DNA of 64,000 bases from Candidatus Bathyarchaeia archaeon (GTDB lineage: Archaea > Thermoproteota > Bathyarchaeia > Bathyarchaeales > Bathycorpusculaceae): positions 1-64,000 of the forward strand of contig JBEKTQ010000005.1 in assembly GCA_049515895.1 (NCBI GenBank), in the 5' to 3' direction. The position numbers and the translations under genes were made by a program. Under the pieces are notes generated by a model that was not told where the DNA came from, did no database searches, and saw only the letters and a list, made by a program, of their open reading frames with translations. Shown here piece after piece: positions 49,303-59,295 of the stretch; position 1 is the first letter of the stretch, and each line of letters starts with the position of its first letter.

Positions 49303-49785
49303 TTATTGGAGTTTTTTGCCTAGTTCCTGTGCCCAGGTTTCAACTCTAGCTAAATCTAAATTGTCAAAGACCATTTTTCCAAATATCTTTTGCCGCCCAC
49401 CAAACGCTTCCACAGCTACAGGTTTCACATTAGGATAATTGCTCAATACGTTTTCAACATATTTGATTTTGGCTTCTTGGTATTTCGCTGGGTCGCCGGC
49501 ATCGCCGGAACTGACAAAGAAAGCAACCGTTTTGCCAGCAAAGTCGTTTTCTAGACATTTCAACGCTTTACTGTAAACTTTACCGGCTCTCACGCCGCCG
49601 CCAATAATAATGTTCTTGTACTGAGAGCAATCCTTAATGTCTTGTTTTTTCAGGTCCACCAAGTCAACTTCCAACCCATACTTGGAGCGCAAGACTTCGG
49701 CTATTTTTCGCGCTGATTCCTCAGTCGCGCCGCCCTTGGTTTCATAAGCAATGAGTGTTTTGTTTTGTGCCATTTTTTGTTTCAC
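49303..49785 (-). CDS. Flavodoxin-domain protein (HemG-like)
   Basis: IAYETKGGAT, IIIGGG, AFFVS, FGG. Confidence 0.85.
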   Translation of the reverse strand: MKQKMAQNKTLIAYETKGGATEESARKIAEVLRSKYGLEVDLVDLKKQDIKDCSQYKNIIIGGGVRAGKVYSKALKCLENDFAGKTVAFFVSSGDAGDPAKYQEAKIKYVENVLSNYPNVKPVAVEAFGGRQKIFGKMVFDNLDLARVETWAQELGKKLQ

Positions 49786-50348
49786 CTCCGAAAGTGCTTC
49801 AACTGACTTGTTTGCAAGCCTTTATCGGAGCTGGCTAAGATATATCGCAGGCTCATTCCTGTCATTCCTTGACGTATGTTCAAGTACTTCACCTTTTCCT
49901 TAAATCATACACAAAGACCCAACGTTCATCAAGTGGGTCAAAGATCCGTTCAATTGGGTTGGGAGTTGATTGCGTTTTAGTATACGTTTTTTTTAAGGAT
50001 TCCTTTCCATCAAAATTGGTTTCTTTCATTTCAGAGCACCTTATCGAATCGCCCACAAGGATCGGAAGCGTCGAAAGCAGGGCGTAGTAGACTCCAGTTC
50101 CTCGTCTGGCCCTAAACCTGAAGGTCGCTAAGGCAATATCTTTTGGATTCTGCAGCCGTTCCTCTCCTAAATCAGGCACGCTCATGATCCTCTAAGCTCT
50201 CAACAGCAAATTTGACGCGAAAGCCATAGCTTTCATTATGAAACACACTCTTAACCACTACTGACGTCTGTTCAGAAATTGAACAACTGTCCCTCTTTAT
50301 ATCCAACTTCAATCCCCTAATTAAAAAAGCGTTGAGAGGAGGACTGAC

Positions 50349-51269
50349 ATGATCGAGACTGAGAACCTTACGAGGAAGTTCGGCGACCTCACTGCCGTTG
50401 ACAACTTGACCCTTCGCGTAGACAAGGGCGAAGTCTTCGGGTTTCTCGGACCCAACGGGGCGGGAAAGACCACCACAGTGCGAATGCTCTGCTGCCTGAT
50501 ATCCAAAACTAGCGGCATGGCCAAAATTGGTGATTACGAGATCGGCAGCCAAGAAAATGCCCTGAAGATAAGGAAGATGATCGGGCTTGTCCCAGATAAC
50601 GTGGGCCTCTACGAGTCCCTCACCGCTTATGAGAACCTGGACTACTATGGCACCCTGTACAGGCGCACTGACGCCCAGCGCAAAGAGAGCAACGAGTACT
50701 TCCTCAAGCTGCTTGGACTCTGGGAGAAGAAAGATTCTCTGGCAGGGTCATTCTCAAAGGGAATGAAGCAGAAACTTGCAATAGCACGCGCACTTGTGCA
50801 TGACCCTGAGATTCTTTTCATGGACGAGCCGACGGCGAACTTGGATCCAGAGTCGGCGAAGACGGTTCGGGAATTCATTCTTGAATTAAAGAACCAGAAA
50901 AAAACGATTTTTCTAAATACACACAATCTAGATGAGGCACAAAGAATCTGCGACAGAATCGGCATCCTGAACACCAGGCTTATGGCAGTAGGCACCCCCG
51001 AAGAACTTGAACGTTCGATCCACGGCAGGAAGACTGTGATCCGGCTGAGACAGGTAAACGAACCAATATTGAATTCGCTGAAGAGACTTCAGGTCAAGAA
51101 CATGGTAAGGGAAGGCAACAAGCTCACGGTTGATGTCGTGAATCCCGAGGAGGAGAACCCTGACATAGTAAGCGCGATTGTCGCTGCAGGAGGAGGCGTC
51201 GAGACGGTTACGGTAACAAGTAGCTCGCTGGAAGACGCTTATCTGAAGCTAGTGAGGGAGAGTGCATAA
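50349..51269 (+). CDS. ABC-2 type exporter ATP-binding protein
   Basis: GPNGAGKTT, FSKGMKQ, MDEPT, NTHNLDEA, SLEDAY. Confidence 0.93.
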   Translation: MIETENLTRKFGDLTAVDNLTLRVDKGEVFGFLGPNGAGKTTTVRMLCCLISKTSGMAKIGDYEIGSQENALKIRKMIGLVPDNVGLYESLTAYENLDYYGTLYRRTDAQRKESNEYFLKLLGLWEKKDSLAGSFSKGMKQKLAIARALVHDPEILFMDEPTANLDPESAKTVREFILELKNQKKTIFLNTHNLDEAQRICDRIGILNTRLMAVGTPEELERSIHGRKTVIRLRQVNEPILNSLKRLQVKNMVREGNKLTVDVVNPEEENPDIVSAIVAAGGGVETVTVTSSSLEDAYLKLVRESA

Positions 51270-52000
51270 TGACCACCTGGATGCCGTGGAAGATAGCGCG
51301 CAAAGAGTTGAAGGTGATCAGCAGAAAGAGAAGTATCATCTTCTATACTGTTGGGCTTCCACTTCTCATCGCCGCTGTTTTCTCAATCGTCGTCAAGAAT
51401 CAAATAGCCCATGGAATCTCTGCGACAATTTCACTTGGTTCAGAATCAATCATTTACCTCTTTGTTATTTTAGCAACTGTTCTTCCCAGTACGATTGCAG
51501 CTTATAGCATAGTGGGTGAAAAGATTGAGAAGACATTGGAACCGTTGCTTGCGACGCCGACGACTGATGGCGAGATTCTCCTCGGGAAAAGCATTGCAGC
51601 GTTCATACCCCCTATTTTATCCACGTGGATAGGAGCATCAATCTTCATGGCAGCAACGGACTATATCTTGTATAACGGGGGGTTAGGCTACTATTATTTT
51701 CCCAACTGGAACGCTGGCGTTATGCTTTTTCTCCTCGCTCCTCTTGCAGCAATTCTTAGTATTGAAGTAGCAGTGATTGCATCGTCGCGTGTAAGCGACG
51801 TTCGGGGTGCAAACCAGATCGCGGGTCTCATGTTTATCCCGTTTGTTGCTGTCTTCTTTGCAGGAGTGGAAGGAATTTTTACGTTCAGTATCGGTAACCT
51901 TCTGATATTCTCTGGCATTGTAACAATCGCCGATGTAGTTCTATTCTTCTTGAGCAAATCCACCTTCAAACGAGAAGAAATACTTACCAAGTGGAAATGA
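51269..52000 (+). CDS. ABC-2 type exporter permease
   Basis: IARKE, SIVGEK.EKTLEPLLATP, ILLGK, FKREEIL. Confidence 0.9.
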   Translation: MTTWMPWKIARKELKVISRKRSIIFYTVGLPLLIAAVFSIVVKNQIAHGISATISLGSESIIYLFVILATVLPSTIAAYSIVGEKIEKTLEPLLATPTTDGEILLGKSIAAFIPPILSTWIGASIFMAATDYILYNGGLGYYYFPNWNAGVMLFLLAPLAAILSIEVAVIASSRVSDVRGANQIAGLMFIPFVAVFFAGVEGIFTFSIGNLLIFSGIVTIADVVLFFLSKSTFKREEILTKWK

Positions 52001-52010
52001 GGGTCACCGA

Positions 52011-53150
52011 TTGGCAGCCGGCTTAATCAGCAGTGAAGCTGAGAATGCGAAGGACAGGCTACTTTACATTGACAATCTGAGGCTGCTTGTGATTGTGCTT
52101 GTAGTCACGATTCATTGGGCGGTGACTGTCAGCGGCTTTGGCAGTTGGTACTACGTTTACGGTACGCATCTTGACACGTTATCCACCGTTTGGTTCGCCT
52201 TCTACCAGTCGTTTACACAGGGATACTTCTTGGGGCTCTTGTTCATGATATCCGGCTATTTTGTCGCCGGGAGCTACGACCGGAAAGGCTTCAGCGGATT
52301 TGTTGGAGACAGGTTCAAGCGCTTGATAATTCCCACCGTGATCTTCATGATAGCGATAACGCCCTTCATCGAAATTGTGGAACTCGGCAGCAAGTCGACT
52401 CGCTTTAATTTGGTTGGTTTTCTCTCAGGTACTGGACCAATGTGGTTCGCAGCGGCGCTTTTCGCCTTCTCCCTGATTTACGGGTTGATGCGTCTGATAC
52501 CCCGTAGGTCCGCAACTGCCTCTAACTGGAAACAGCTCGAGCCCACATTGGGCTTTGCAGTCAGCCTTATCCTGATTATTGCTGTCTTTGCCTTCTTGAT
52601 TAGGATCGTCCAACCGATCGGGACAGACACCCTGAACTTTCAACTCTGCTATTTCGCCTCCTACATCGTCCTATTCATCGTGGGCATAATCGCTTACAGA
52701 AACAGTCTATTCGCCAAGATCAGCTATCGAACCGGAAAAAGATGGCTAATCGGCGCTATCGCCCTTGGTTTCCTCGCTTGGTTTGTGATGGTGGCCGTAG
52801 CTACCGCAACAGGAACCACGGCTGCCCTTGAAGGAGGGCTGGCTTGGCAGAGCGCGGCGTTTTCGGTGTGGGAAACCTTTGTGGCGGTTGCCATGAGTAT
52901 CGGATTGATCGCTGTCTTCAAGGAAAAATTCAATCGTCAAAGTAAGTTTGTCAAGACGCTGGCGGATAACTCGTTTGCCGTCTATATGTTTCATCCTATG
53001 ATCATCATCCCAGTCACAGTATTGTTTAGCCCGCTTGTGTTGTCCCCAGTCGCAAAGTGGGTCCTGCTTTGCGTCATTTGCGTTCCATTATGCTTTGCAG
53101 CGACACACTTTGTCTTCCGCAAAATACCGTTGCTGAAGAATGTCTTGTGA
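52011..53150 (+). CDS. Acyltransferase family 3 (AT3/OpgC-like) membrane protein
   Basis: R..YIDNLR, VTIH, LFMISGYF, RFKRLIIP, GPMWF, SFAVYMFH. Confidence 0.88.
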   Translation: MAAGLISSEAENAKDRLLYIDNLRLLVIVLVVTIHWAVTVSGFGSWYYVYGTHLDTLSTVWFAFYQSFTQGYFLGLLFMISGYFVAGSYDRKGFSGFVGDRFKRLIIPTVIFMIAITPFIEIVELGSKSTRFNLVGFLSGTGPMWFAAALFAFSLIYGLMRLIPRRSATASNWKQLEPTLGFAVSLILIIAVFAFLIRIVQPIGTDTLNFQLCYFASYIVLFIVGIIAYRNSLFAKISYRTGKRWLIGAIALGFLAWFVMVAVATATGTTAALEGGLAWQSAAFSVWETFVAVAMSIGLIAVFKEKFNRQSKFVKTLADNSFAVYMFHPMIIIPVTVLFSPLVLSPVAKWVLLCVICVPLCFAATHFVFRKIPLLKNVL

Positions 53151-53240
53151 CGCACGCATGCTAGATATTTTGGAAACAGAACTTAATAATCAGCGTTAAG
53201 GCAAACCAGTTGACCAAAATTTTTTTACAATCGCATCGGT

Positions 53241-54590
53241 TCAATTGTGCTTTTGCCGTTTTGAAAAAAAGTTCTCCAGGATTTCTGCGAGAGTTGGAGT
53301 TCCTATTTCTTGAAGCTCATAAGTGGCTCTGACGCTTGGTTTGGTAAAGTTGAGAAACCTTCGCAAATCAATCGGCGTTCCCACTAAAACTGTGTCACAT
53401 GGAATTGCGTTTATTGTTTGTTCCAGTTCGCGTATCTGTTCTGAACTGTAGCCCACTGCTGGAAGAACCGAGCTTAAGTGTGGATATTTCTCAAACGTTT
53501 TTGCGATTGAGCCTACTGCATAGGGACGTGGGTCTACTAGTTCTTTTGCTCCAAGCTTCTTTGCCGCTAAAGCTCCTGCTCCATAGGACATTTGTCCATG
53601 GGTCAACGTCGGACCATCTTCGACAACGAGTACCCGTTTTCCGACAACGAGTTCGGGCTTGTCAACTGTAATAGGAGACGCCGCTTCAACTATTGTAGCT
53701 TCAGAATTTACGCTCGTAACGTTTTTTCTGACTATCTTAACATTTTCGGGATCTGCTGTGTCCACTTTGTTAATGATAACTACATTGGCCATTCTCAGGT
53801 TTGTTTCGCCCGGGTGATATCTCAGTTCGTGACCAGGTCTGTGAGGGTCAGTCACTACTATACGTAAGTCTGACTGGTAGAAGGGAAGGTCGTTGTTGCC
53901 TCCGTCCCAAATTATGATGTCGGCTTCGTTTTCGGCTTCATTCAAGATTCTTTCGTAGTCGACCCCCGCGTAAACCGTGTTACCGCTCAGAATGTGTGGT
54001 TCGTACTCCTCTCGCTCCTCAATGGTACAGGCATACTTGTCCAAATCCTCGTAAGAGGCAAATCGTTGAACCGGTTCGGCAGAGAGATCACAGTATGGCA
54101 TGGGGTGTCTAACAACCACGATTCTGTAGCCAAGCTTTTTGAGAATTTCAGCAACTTTTCTGGAGGTTTGGCTCTTTCCTGCTCCAGTTCTTGTTGCGCA
54201 GACGGATATCACAGGAACTTTGGCTTTTAGCATAGTTGTCAAAGGTCCCATAAGCTTGAAATCTGGTCCATTAGAAAGCACCGTTGACGCTTCATGCATC
54301 ACGTACTCATGGGAAACGTCGCTGTAGGCGAATACAACTTCGTCAACTGCGTATTCCTTGATTAGGTCTTTCAGTTTTTCTTCCGGATAAATGGGTATGC
54401 CTTTTGGATAGTTTGGTCCCGCCAGAACCGTAGGATACTTTCTTGTTTCAATTCCAGGAATTTGAGCCGCGGTGAAAGCGACAACATCATATTGCTCGTT
54501 TTTCCGGTAGTAGACGTTAAAATTGTGAAAGTCTCGCCCTGCCGCTCCCATAATAAGTACTCTTGTTTTCTTCACAGCACAAAACCCCAT
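53241..54590 (-). CDS. Cyclic 2,3-diphosphoglycerate synthetase-like P-loop protein
   Basis: MGAAGRDFHNFN, RTGAGKSQT, RHPMPY, TIEEREEYE, DGGNND, EDGPT.THG. Confidence 0.85.
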   Translation of the reverse strand: MGFCAVKKTRVLIMGAAGRDFHNFNVYYRKNEQYDVVAFTAAQIPGIETRKYPTVLAGPNYPKGIPIYPEEKLKDLIKEYAVDEVVFAYSDVSHEYVMHEASTVLSNGPDFKLMGPLTTMLKAKVPVISVCATRTGAGKSQTSRKVAEILKKLGYRIVVVRHPMPYCDLSAEPVQRFASYEDLDKYACTIEEREEYEPHILSGNTVYAGVDYERILNEAENEADIIIWDGGNNDLPFYQSDLRIVVTDPHRPGHELRYHPGETNLRMANVVIINKVDTADPENVKIVRKNVTSVNSEATIVEAASPITVDKPELVVGKRVLVVEDGPTLTHGQMSYGAGALAAKKLGAKELVDPRPYAVGSIAKTFEKYPHLSSVLPAVGYSSEQIRELEQTINAIPCDTVLVGTPIDLRRFLNFTKPSVRATYELQEIGTPTLAEILENFFSKRQKHN

Positions 54591-55479
54591 AGAAAACGCG
54601 TTGAAAATAAACTATCTCAAAGATAAATACCAATCGTTACGTAATCAGAGTCAAACAAAAAAAACACAAAAAGAGCTGGCTTATCCAGCGGATAAGGTTT
54701 TTCGAAATTAATTTACACAAACTCTTGTTTGAAGACGGCAGCCCCTTGCCGACCACCACGAATTGCAAACTCATAATCCCAAGCAATTTGTCATTAGCTG
54801 TTCAATTATAGAATCAAACAATTCGACCAACATTCGAAACGTCATAAATAAAAAGCACAAGGAAAATGGCATAAAGCTCACACACTTACCAGAGCAGATA
54901 TGAAAAGCATAGCATTGTTTCTGCAACCTTCCGTCTCTAAAGAAATAAGATTGTTATGGCAAGTTGGCTCCTCGTTTCTAATTCGCCCTTGTTTTTTGCG
55001 CGCTAAATTTCTTTGAACTTCGAAGTACAAAAAAACCATCAAAAAGATCTTTATCGATACATACAGGTACAAATTAAAACGGGAAGTATATTCCCTCAAT
55101 AGGAAAACGTTTGGTTGGGTCAACATTGGCAAGATGCGGAGGCTTCTTAGCCCAAACAGATTGAGACTCTTGCGTGTCTGGACCAAAACGTGCTTTGACC
55201 TCCAATCATCCTTACCTTCCTTTTTTTGGTCTTTTTCTATTATTAAAAAAGATAACTGCGTAAGCAATTGAGTCCAAAAAAATTAAGAAATGAATTATCT
55301 CTGCACAATTTAGTTTTCCTCATTAACTCTTGAAGCCTCATTTCTTGCCTGTAAGCTGTTCAAAGGCGTTTTGTAATAAGTTTTTCTCGGGATTTCTTGT
55401 GTACTGGCAAGCAACCGATAGTAATTCTTTTAAGGACTACGGGACATTCTTGTATGCTATTCGGCAAGGAGAGAAAAGG

Positions 55480-57090
55480 TTGGCTTCGGGTTCAGGCGTA
55501 AAGATAGTTTTGACGGCTTCAGCTACAGAAATGAGCGACTTTTATAATAATCCCTTTATAGCATTCACAGCAGGTTTCGCAAGAGGTCCATTCCCGCTCT
55601 CACTTGTAAGAAAAACCTTGTATCCCCCAGTTGATCGCAGGCCAGATGGGAGAGCTCGATTCGCACCTTATGGTCTCAGAAAAGTAGAAGCTATGCTACT
55701 CGAAAGCGGATTCACCGACAAAGAAGTGGTTGTAGTCCATCCTGATGACTTAGAGGACTTCGTCGGACCAGAAACGAGGGTTGTCGGCATTTCCTCAATG
55801 GATCCTACAGGCATGGGTTACGTAAGCAAGACGTACTCATCAATAATCGGCGGGGGCGAACCCATGAACGCCGTAGAATTCCAAAAACTCGTTAGCCACC
55901 CGAGCATCAAAAAGTATAAACCGAAAATCATTGTAGGCGGGTTCGGCGCTTGGCAACTAGAGCGTCAGCACGTATCCGACAGTTATGGTGTCAACTGCGT
56001 GCTTCTAGGCGGAAGACCCGAACCGATCGTTGACATTTTCAAAAAGGCAGTAGACGGCAAACCTCTCCCCCGTATTGTTAAAGCTGACGAGTCAATCAGC
56101 AACTGGGATTACAATACCATAATGCCGCTGACTAAACATGCAGGCATCCACGGGGCAGTGGAAATTTCGAAGGGCTGTGGAAGAAATTGCCAGTTTTGCA
56201 CGCCCACCATGCAGCATAAAATTGATGTACCACTTGAAAAAATCATGCGTGAAGTCGCGTTGACAACGGCGGAAGGCAGCGACCACATAACCCTTATCAC
56301 CGAAGATCTGTTCCTCTATGGGACAAAAGACAAAGATTTCGTACCTAATAGAGAAGCAGTAGTAAAACTAGTCAAAAACGTCGCAAAATATCCAGGCGTC
56401 AAAAGCATTCAAGCCTCTCACATGTCTTTGGCGCCAGCGGTTAACAACCCGCAGATGATTAAAGAACTTGCAGAAATCCTAATTGAACGCAGTTGGTATT
56501 CGTTTGGCAAAAGATCTATAATTACCGCCGAAACCGGAATTGAAACTGGCAGCGCAAGGTTGATGAAGAAGTATATGGCTGGCAAGATGTTGCCGTTCAA
56601 GCCTGAACAGTGGCAAGAGATTGTCGAAAACGCTTTCGGGATACTGAACGATAACAATTGGTATCCGCTTGCAACTTTGATTATTGGTTTGCCAGATGAG
56701 AAAGAGGAAGATGTGCTGCAGACGCTTGAGTTAATGGATAAGCTGAAAGATTACAATGCGTTTTACGTGCCTTTGTTCTTTGTTCCGTTAGAGAACTGTG
56801 TGCTGATGAATAAGAAGGGAGCTGAGCTCGATTCCTTGTCGCAGGTGCGTTGGGATTTCTTCATTAAATGCTGGGAATATAACGTTCGCATTTGGAAGCC
56901 TACTTTCCTTGAAAACCGCATCCGTAACCCATTTTTGTATAAGGCGGTTGAGCACATTCTCATCCCGTATGCTGGAAGAATCGCGGGCTTCTACTTTGGT
57001 TTGACAAGGGGCGAACAACTAAAACAAGCGTTGTGGGCTCTTAGCATGTCTGAGCCAGCCACAATTAAGGGTAGACAAAACTCAAGTTGA
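55480..57090 (+). CDS. B12-binding-domain radical SAM protein
   Basis: APYGLRKVEA, GISSMDP, CGRNCQFC, GIETGS; TTG start inferred at 55480. Confidence 0.9.
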   Translation: MASGSGVKIVLTASATEMSDFYNNPFIAFTAGFARGPFPLSLVRKTLYPPVDRRPDGRARFAPYGLRKVEAMLLESGFTDKEVVVVHPDDLEDFVGPETRVVGISSMDPTGMGYVSKTYSSIIGGGEPMNAVEFQKLVSHPSIKKYKPKIIVGGFGAWQLERQHVSDSYGVNCVLLGGRPEPIVDIFKKAVDGKPLPRIVKADESISNWDYNTIMPLTKHAGIHGAVEISKGCGRNCQFCTPTMQHKIDVPLEKIMREVALTTAEGSDHITLITEDLFLYGTKDKDFVPNREAVVKLVKNVAKYPGVKSIQASHMSLAPAVNNPQMIKELAEILIERSWYSFGKRSIITAETGIETGSARLMKKYMAGKMLPFKPEQWQEIVENAFGILNDNNWYPLATLIIGLPDEKEEDVLQTLELMDKLKDYNAFYVPLFFVPLENCVLMNKKGAELDSLSQVRWDFFIKCWEYNVRIWKPTFLENRIRNPFLYKAVEHILIPYAGRIAGFYFGLTRGEQLKQALWALSMSEPATIKGRQNSS

Positions 57091-57949
57091 TCATAGGAGG
57101 CTCTACTGGCTCCTCAGCTGGGGTCTGCTTTTCTGCTTCTTTTTGGGGTTGTTCCTGGGCAGGTTGGGGTGGCATTTTGAGGATTTTTCTTGCATGAGTA
57201 ATGTAACCCGTGTGCCCTGTCATGAGTGTTTGAGGTCTGGTTTTTCCCCGTTCAACCTGCATTGCCCGCATCATGCACTCGACAGTTTCAATGAATACAA
57301 ATCCGTTTTCACTCAGCGCCTCGGTTGTTTTAACAACCTGGTCTATGGTTGGACTGAAAGAAACAATTATGCCTGAAGGCTTGAGTGCTTCGTACGCGTG
57401 GGGGACAACAAGCCATGGGACCGCCAAATCCAAAATCACCGCGTCTAAATCTCTCTCCTCGATGCCTAAGGTTACGTCGCCGCTTTTCATTTCAACGTAG
57501 TCTATGAGTTTTGAGCGTTGGAGGTTTTTGGCGGCGTTTTTCTGGAATTCGCTGCGCAACTCGTAGGTGTAGACTTTGCCTGTGGAACCAACGTAGTGGG
57601 CTAATGCGGTTGTTAACGCGCCCGTGCCTGTGCCTGATTCGACAACTCGGCTTCCCGGGCCGATTCCGCTGAACATGATGATTAGGGCTGCGTCTTTGGG
57701 GTAAGTGATTTGGGTGTTACGGGAAGACTTCATTATGTAATCAGTTAGAGCTGGTTTCAGTGTGGTGAAGAATATGCCCAGGCTGCTTTTGATTGGCTCG
57801 CCGTATGTTTTCCCAATTAACTCATCAAGTTTAAGGTAGCCTTTATGAGTGTGAAAAGTTTGGCCAGCCTGCATCTTAATCATGTAAGTTCTGCGTGCAT
57901 CCAGGTAAATGAGAACGTAGTCTCCTTCGCAAATCTTCTCGTTAACCAA
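57065..57949 (-). CDS. trmI: tRNA (adenine-N1)-methyltransferase
   Basis: HTHKG, QITYPKDAA, ESGTGTG, LDLAVPW, RP...GHTGY; start inferred at TTG 57949. Confidence 0.92.
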   Translation of the reverse strand: MVNEKICEGDYVLIYLDARRTYMIKMQAGQTFHTHKGYLKLDELIGKTYGEPIKSSLGIFFTTLKPALTDYIMKSSRNTQITYPKDAALIIMFSGIGPGSRVVESGTGTGALTTALAHYVGSTGKVYTYELRSEFQKNAAKNLQRSKLIDYVEMKSGDVTLGIEERDLDAVILDLAVPWLVVPHAYEALKPSGIIVSFSPTIDQVVKTTEALSENGFVFIETVECMMRAMQVERGKTRPQTLMTGHTGYITHARKILKMPPQPAQEQPQKEAEKQTPAEEPVEPPMINLSFVYP

Positions 57950-58052
57950 TTGCTGTTGCCTTCTTGGGAAAGTGAAAATGCAGATTGTGCCATTTAAGCT
58001 TTGAACTCCAAATCCCTTCGAGGTGGATAAGCCCTCATTGGGCAAATGATAG

Positions 58053-58208
58053 GTTGTTACAACTAGATCCAAAGGTCAAGGCTTAGGTTTGGCAGTCGCT
58101 AAGTGCCTCGTTGAAGGATTAAACGGCAAAGTGAGCTTTGTAAGCCAAGAAGGCAACGGAACAAAATTCACAATAGATTTGCCTTTGGAACCGAAGAGCG
58201 TTCGATGA
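58053..58208 (+). pseudogene. Histidine kinase C-terminal (HATPase G2 box) remnant
   Basis: Frame reads VVTTRSKGQGLGLAVAKCLVEGLNGKVSFVSQEGNGTKFTIDLP, preceded by a stop and no start. Confidence 0.75.
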
Positions 58209-58375
58209 CTCTGCATGAAAAGCGCGGGCGCTTTTGCACCCTAAACTATGTTATTTCATATTTGGAGAAAATTAGAAAAATCCTGTGTTGAGAAAGAAGA
58301 ATGCAAGAACAAGTAGTATTGTGAAAAAGCGCGGCAACAAGCAAGAAAGCGGCTTAAACCAGAAATTTAGATTTG

Positions 58376-58660
58376 TTAGCTTGTTGTTTTGCTGTCGAAT
58401 TCTTCTACCATACGTTTTACTTTCTTTTCGAGTCGTCGCTCATAAACGTGTTCAGGTATAGGCGGCGGAAGGGTTTTTTTATCATGTAGCTCAGTAGCCA
58501 TTACTATGCGTCTTTCGCCCACTTTAACTGGGACCCGTGCACCATCAGCAAAATCATCAAAATCCTCGAGTGCTTCAACAATCCAGTAGCCTTCACTTTT
58601 CGTGACAACCTTAACCCTGTAGAGTCCCTTATAGTACAAAAAGTCGTTCATAAGAACCAT
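58376..58660 (-). CDS. Small hypothetical protein (beta-barrel-like)
   Basis: FLYYKG..RVKVV...YWIVEALEDF..VKVGERRIV; start uncertain. Confidence 0.7.
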   Translation of the reverse strand: MVLMNDFLYYKGLYRVKVVTKSEGYWIVEALEDFDDFADGARVPVKVGERRIVMATELHDKKTLPPPIPEHVYERRLEKKVKRMVEEFDSKTTS

Positions 58661-59295
58661 GAATACCAATGCATTCAGCGCTAAATAAACTTCACTCAAG
58701 CATCTGCAATCAGCACAAGTCACTAACGCGACTAGCCGTCAATTTCATCGTGAAATCAACTGAGCGCCTTCTACGCGATACCAGATTTGGAAAATCGCTT
58801 GAGACTTTTTCCAGAACATTAAACAGATACTTCGAAACATCGAAAAAGCCGAAAAATCTTGTTTTTCCCCTCAACCGATCAACCAAATTGGTTACCGCCT
58901 TCAATTAATGCTTTCTTCGACTCTCGAACAGCACGTCGTAGCCGTCACCAACCAACGCAAGCCCCAAACAAAAGTGGCCGAGAAAAATATCTTAAGCAAA
59001 TACCCGCGCTTAGTGAAGCAACAAACAAGACTGACACTCCAAGGAATTCAGCAAAATCAGGTGTTGCGGCACTAAACGTCCAAATCCGAATACGAAGCAG
59101 TTCTATCCAATTTCGGTTCAGTACCAACCTATTTAGTAAATTGCGCCAGTAACGCAGTAATATTCAGGAAAGACAGAGTCTGTATTCCAGCTTCCTGAGA
59201 AGTCTCCAAAAATTCATCAGTCACCTGAGTTCCGAACGCCATCCTGGGCAATCACTGCATATTCATGATTTCGCAAACTCTTTCAATTAGGCTGT

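Noticed and set aside
49889-50185. 98-aa ORF as an intact gene
   Set aside because: Looks like fused fragments (hydrophobic start, then unrelated sequence); no family recognised.
54878-55267. 129-aa ORF
   Set aside because: No motif or SD; composition resembles non-coding or decayed DNA.
59160-59225. C/D-like CTGATGA...CTGA on the minus strand
   Set aside because: No convincing D'/C' pair, terminal stem or recognisable target.
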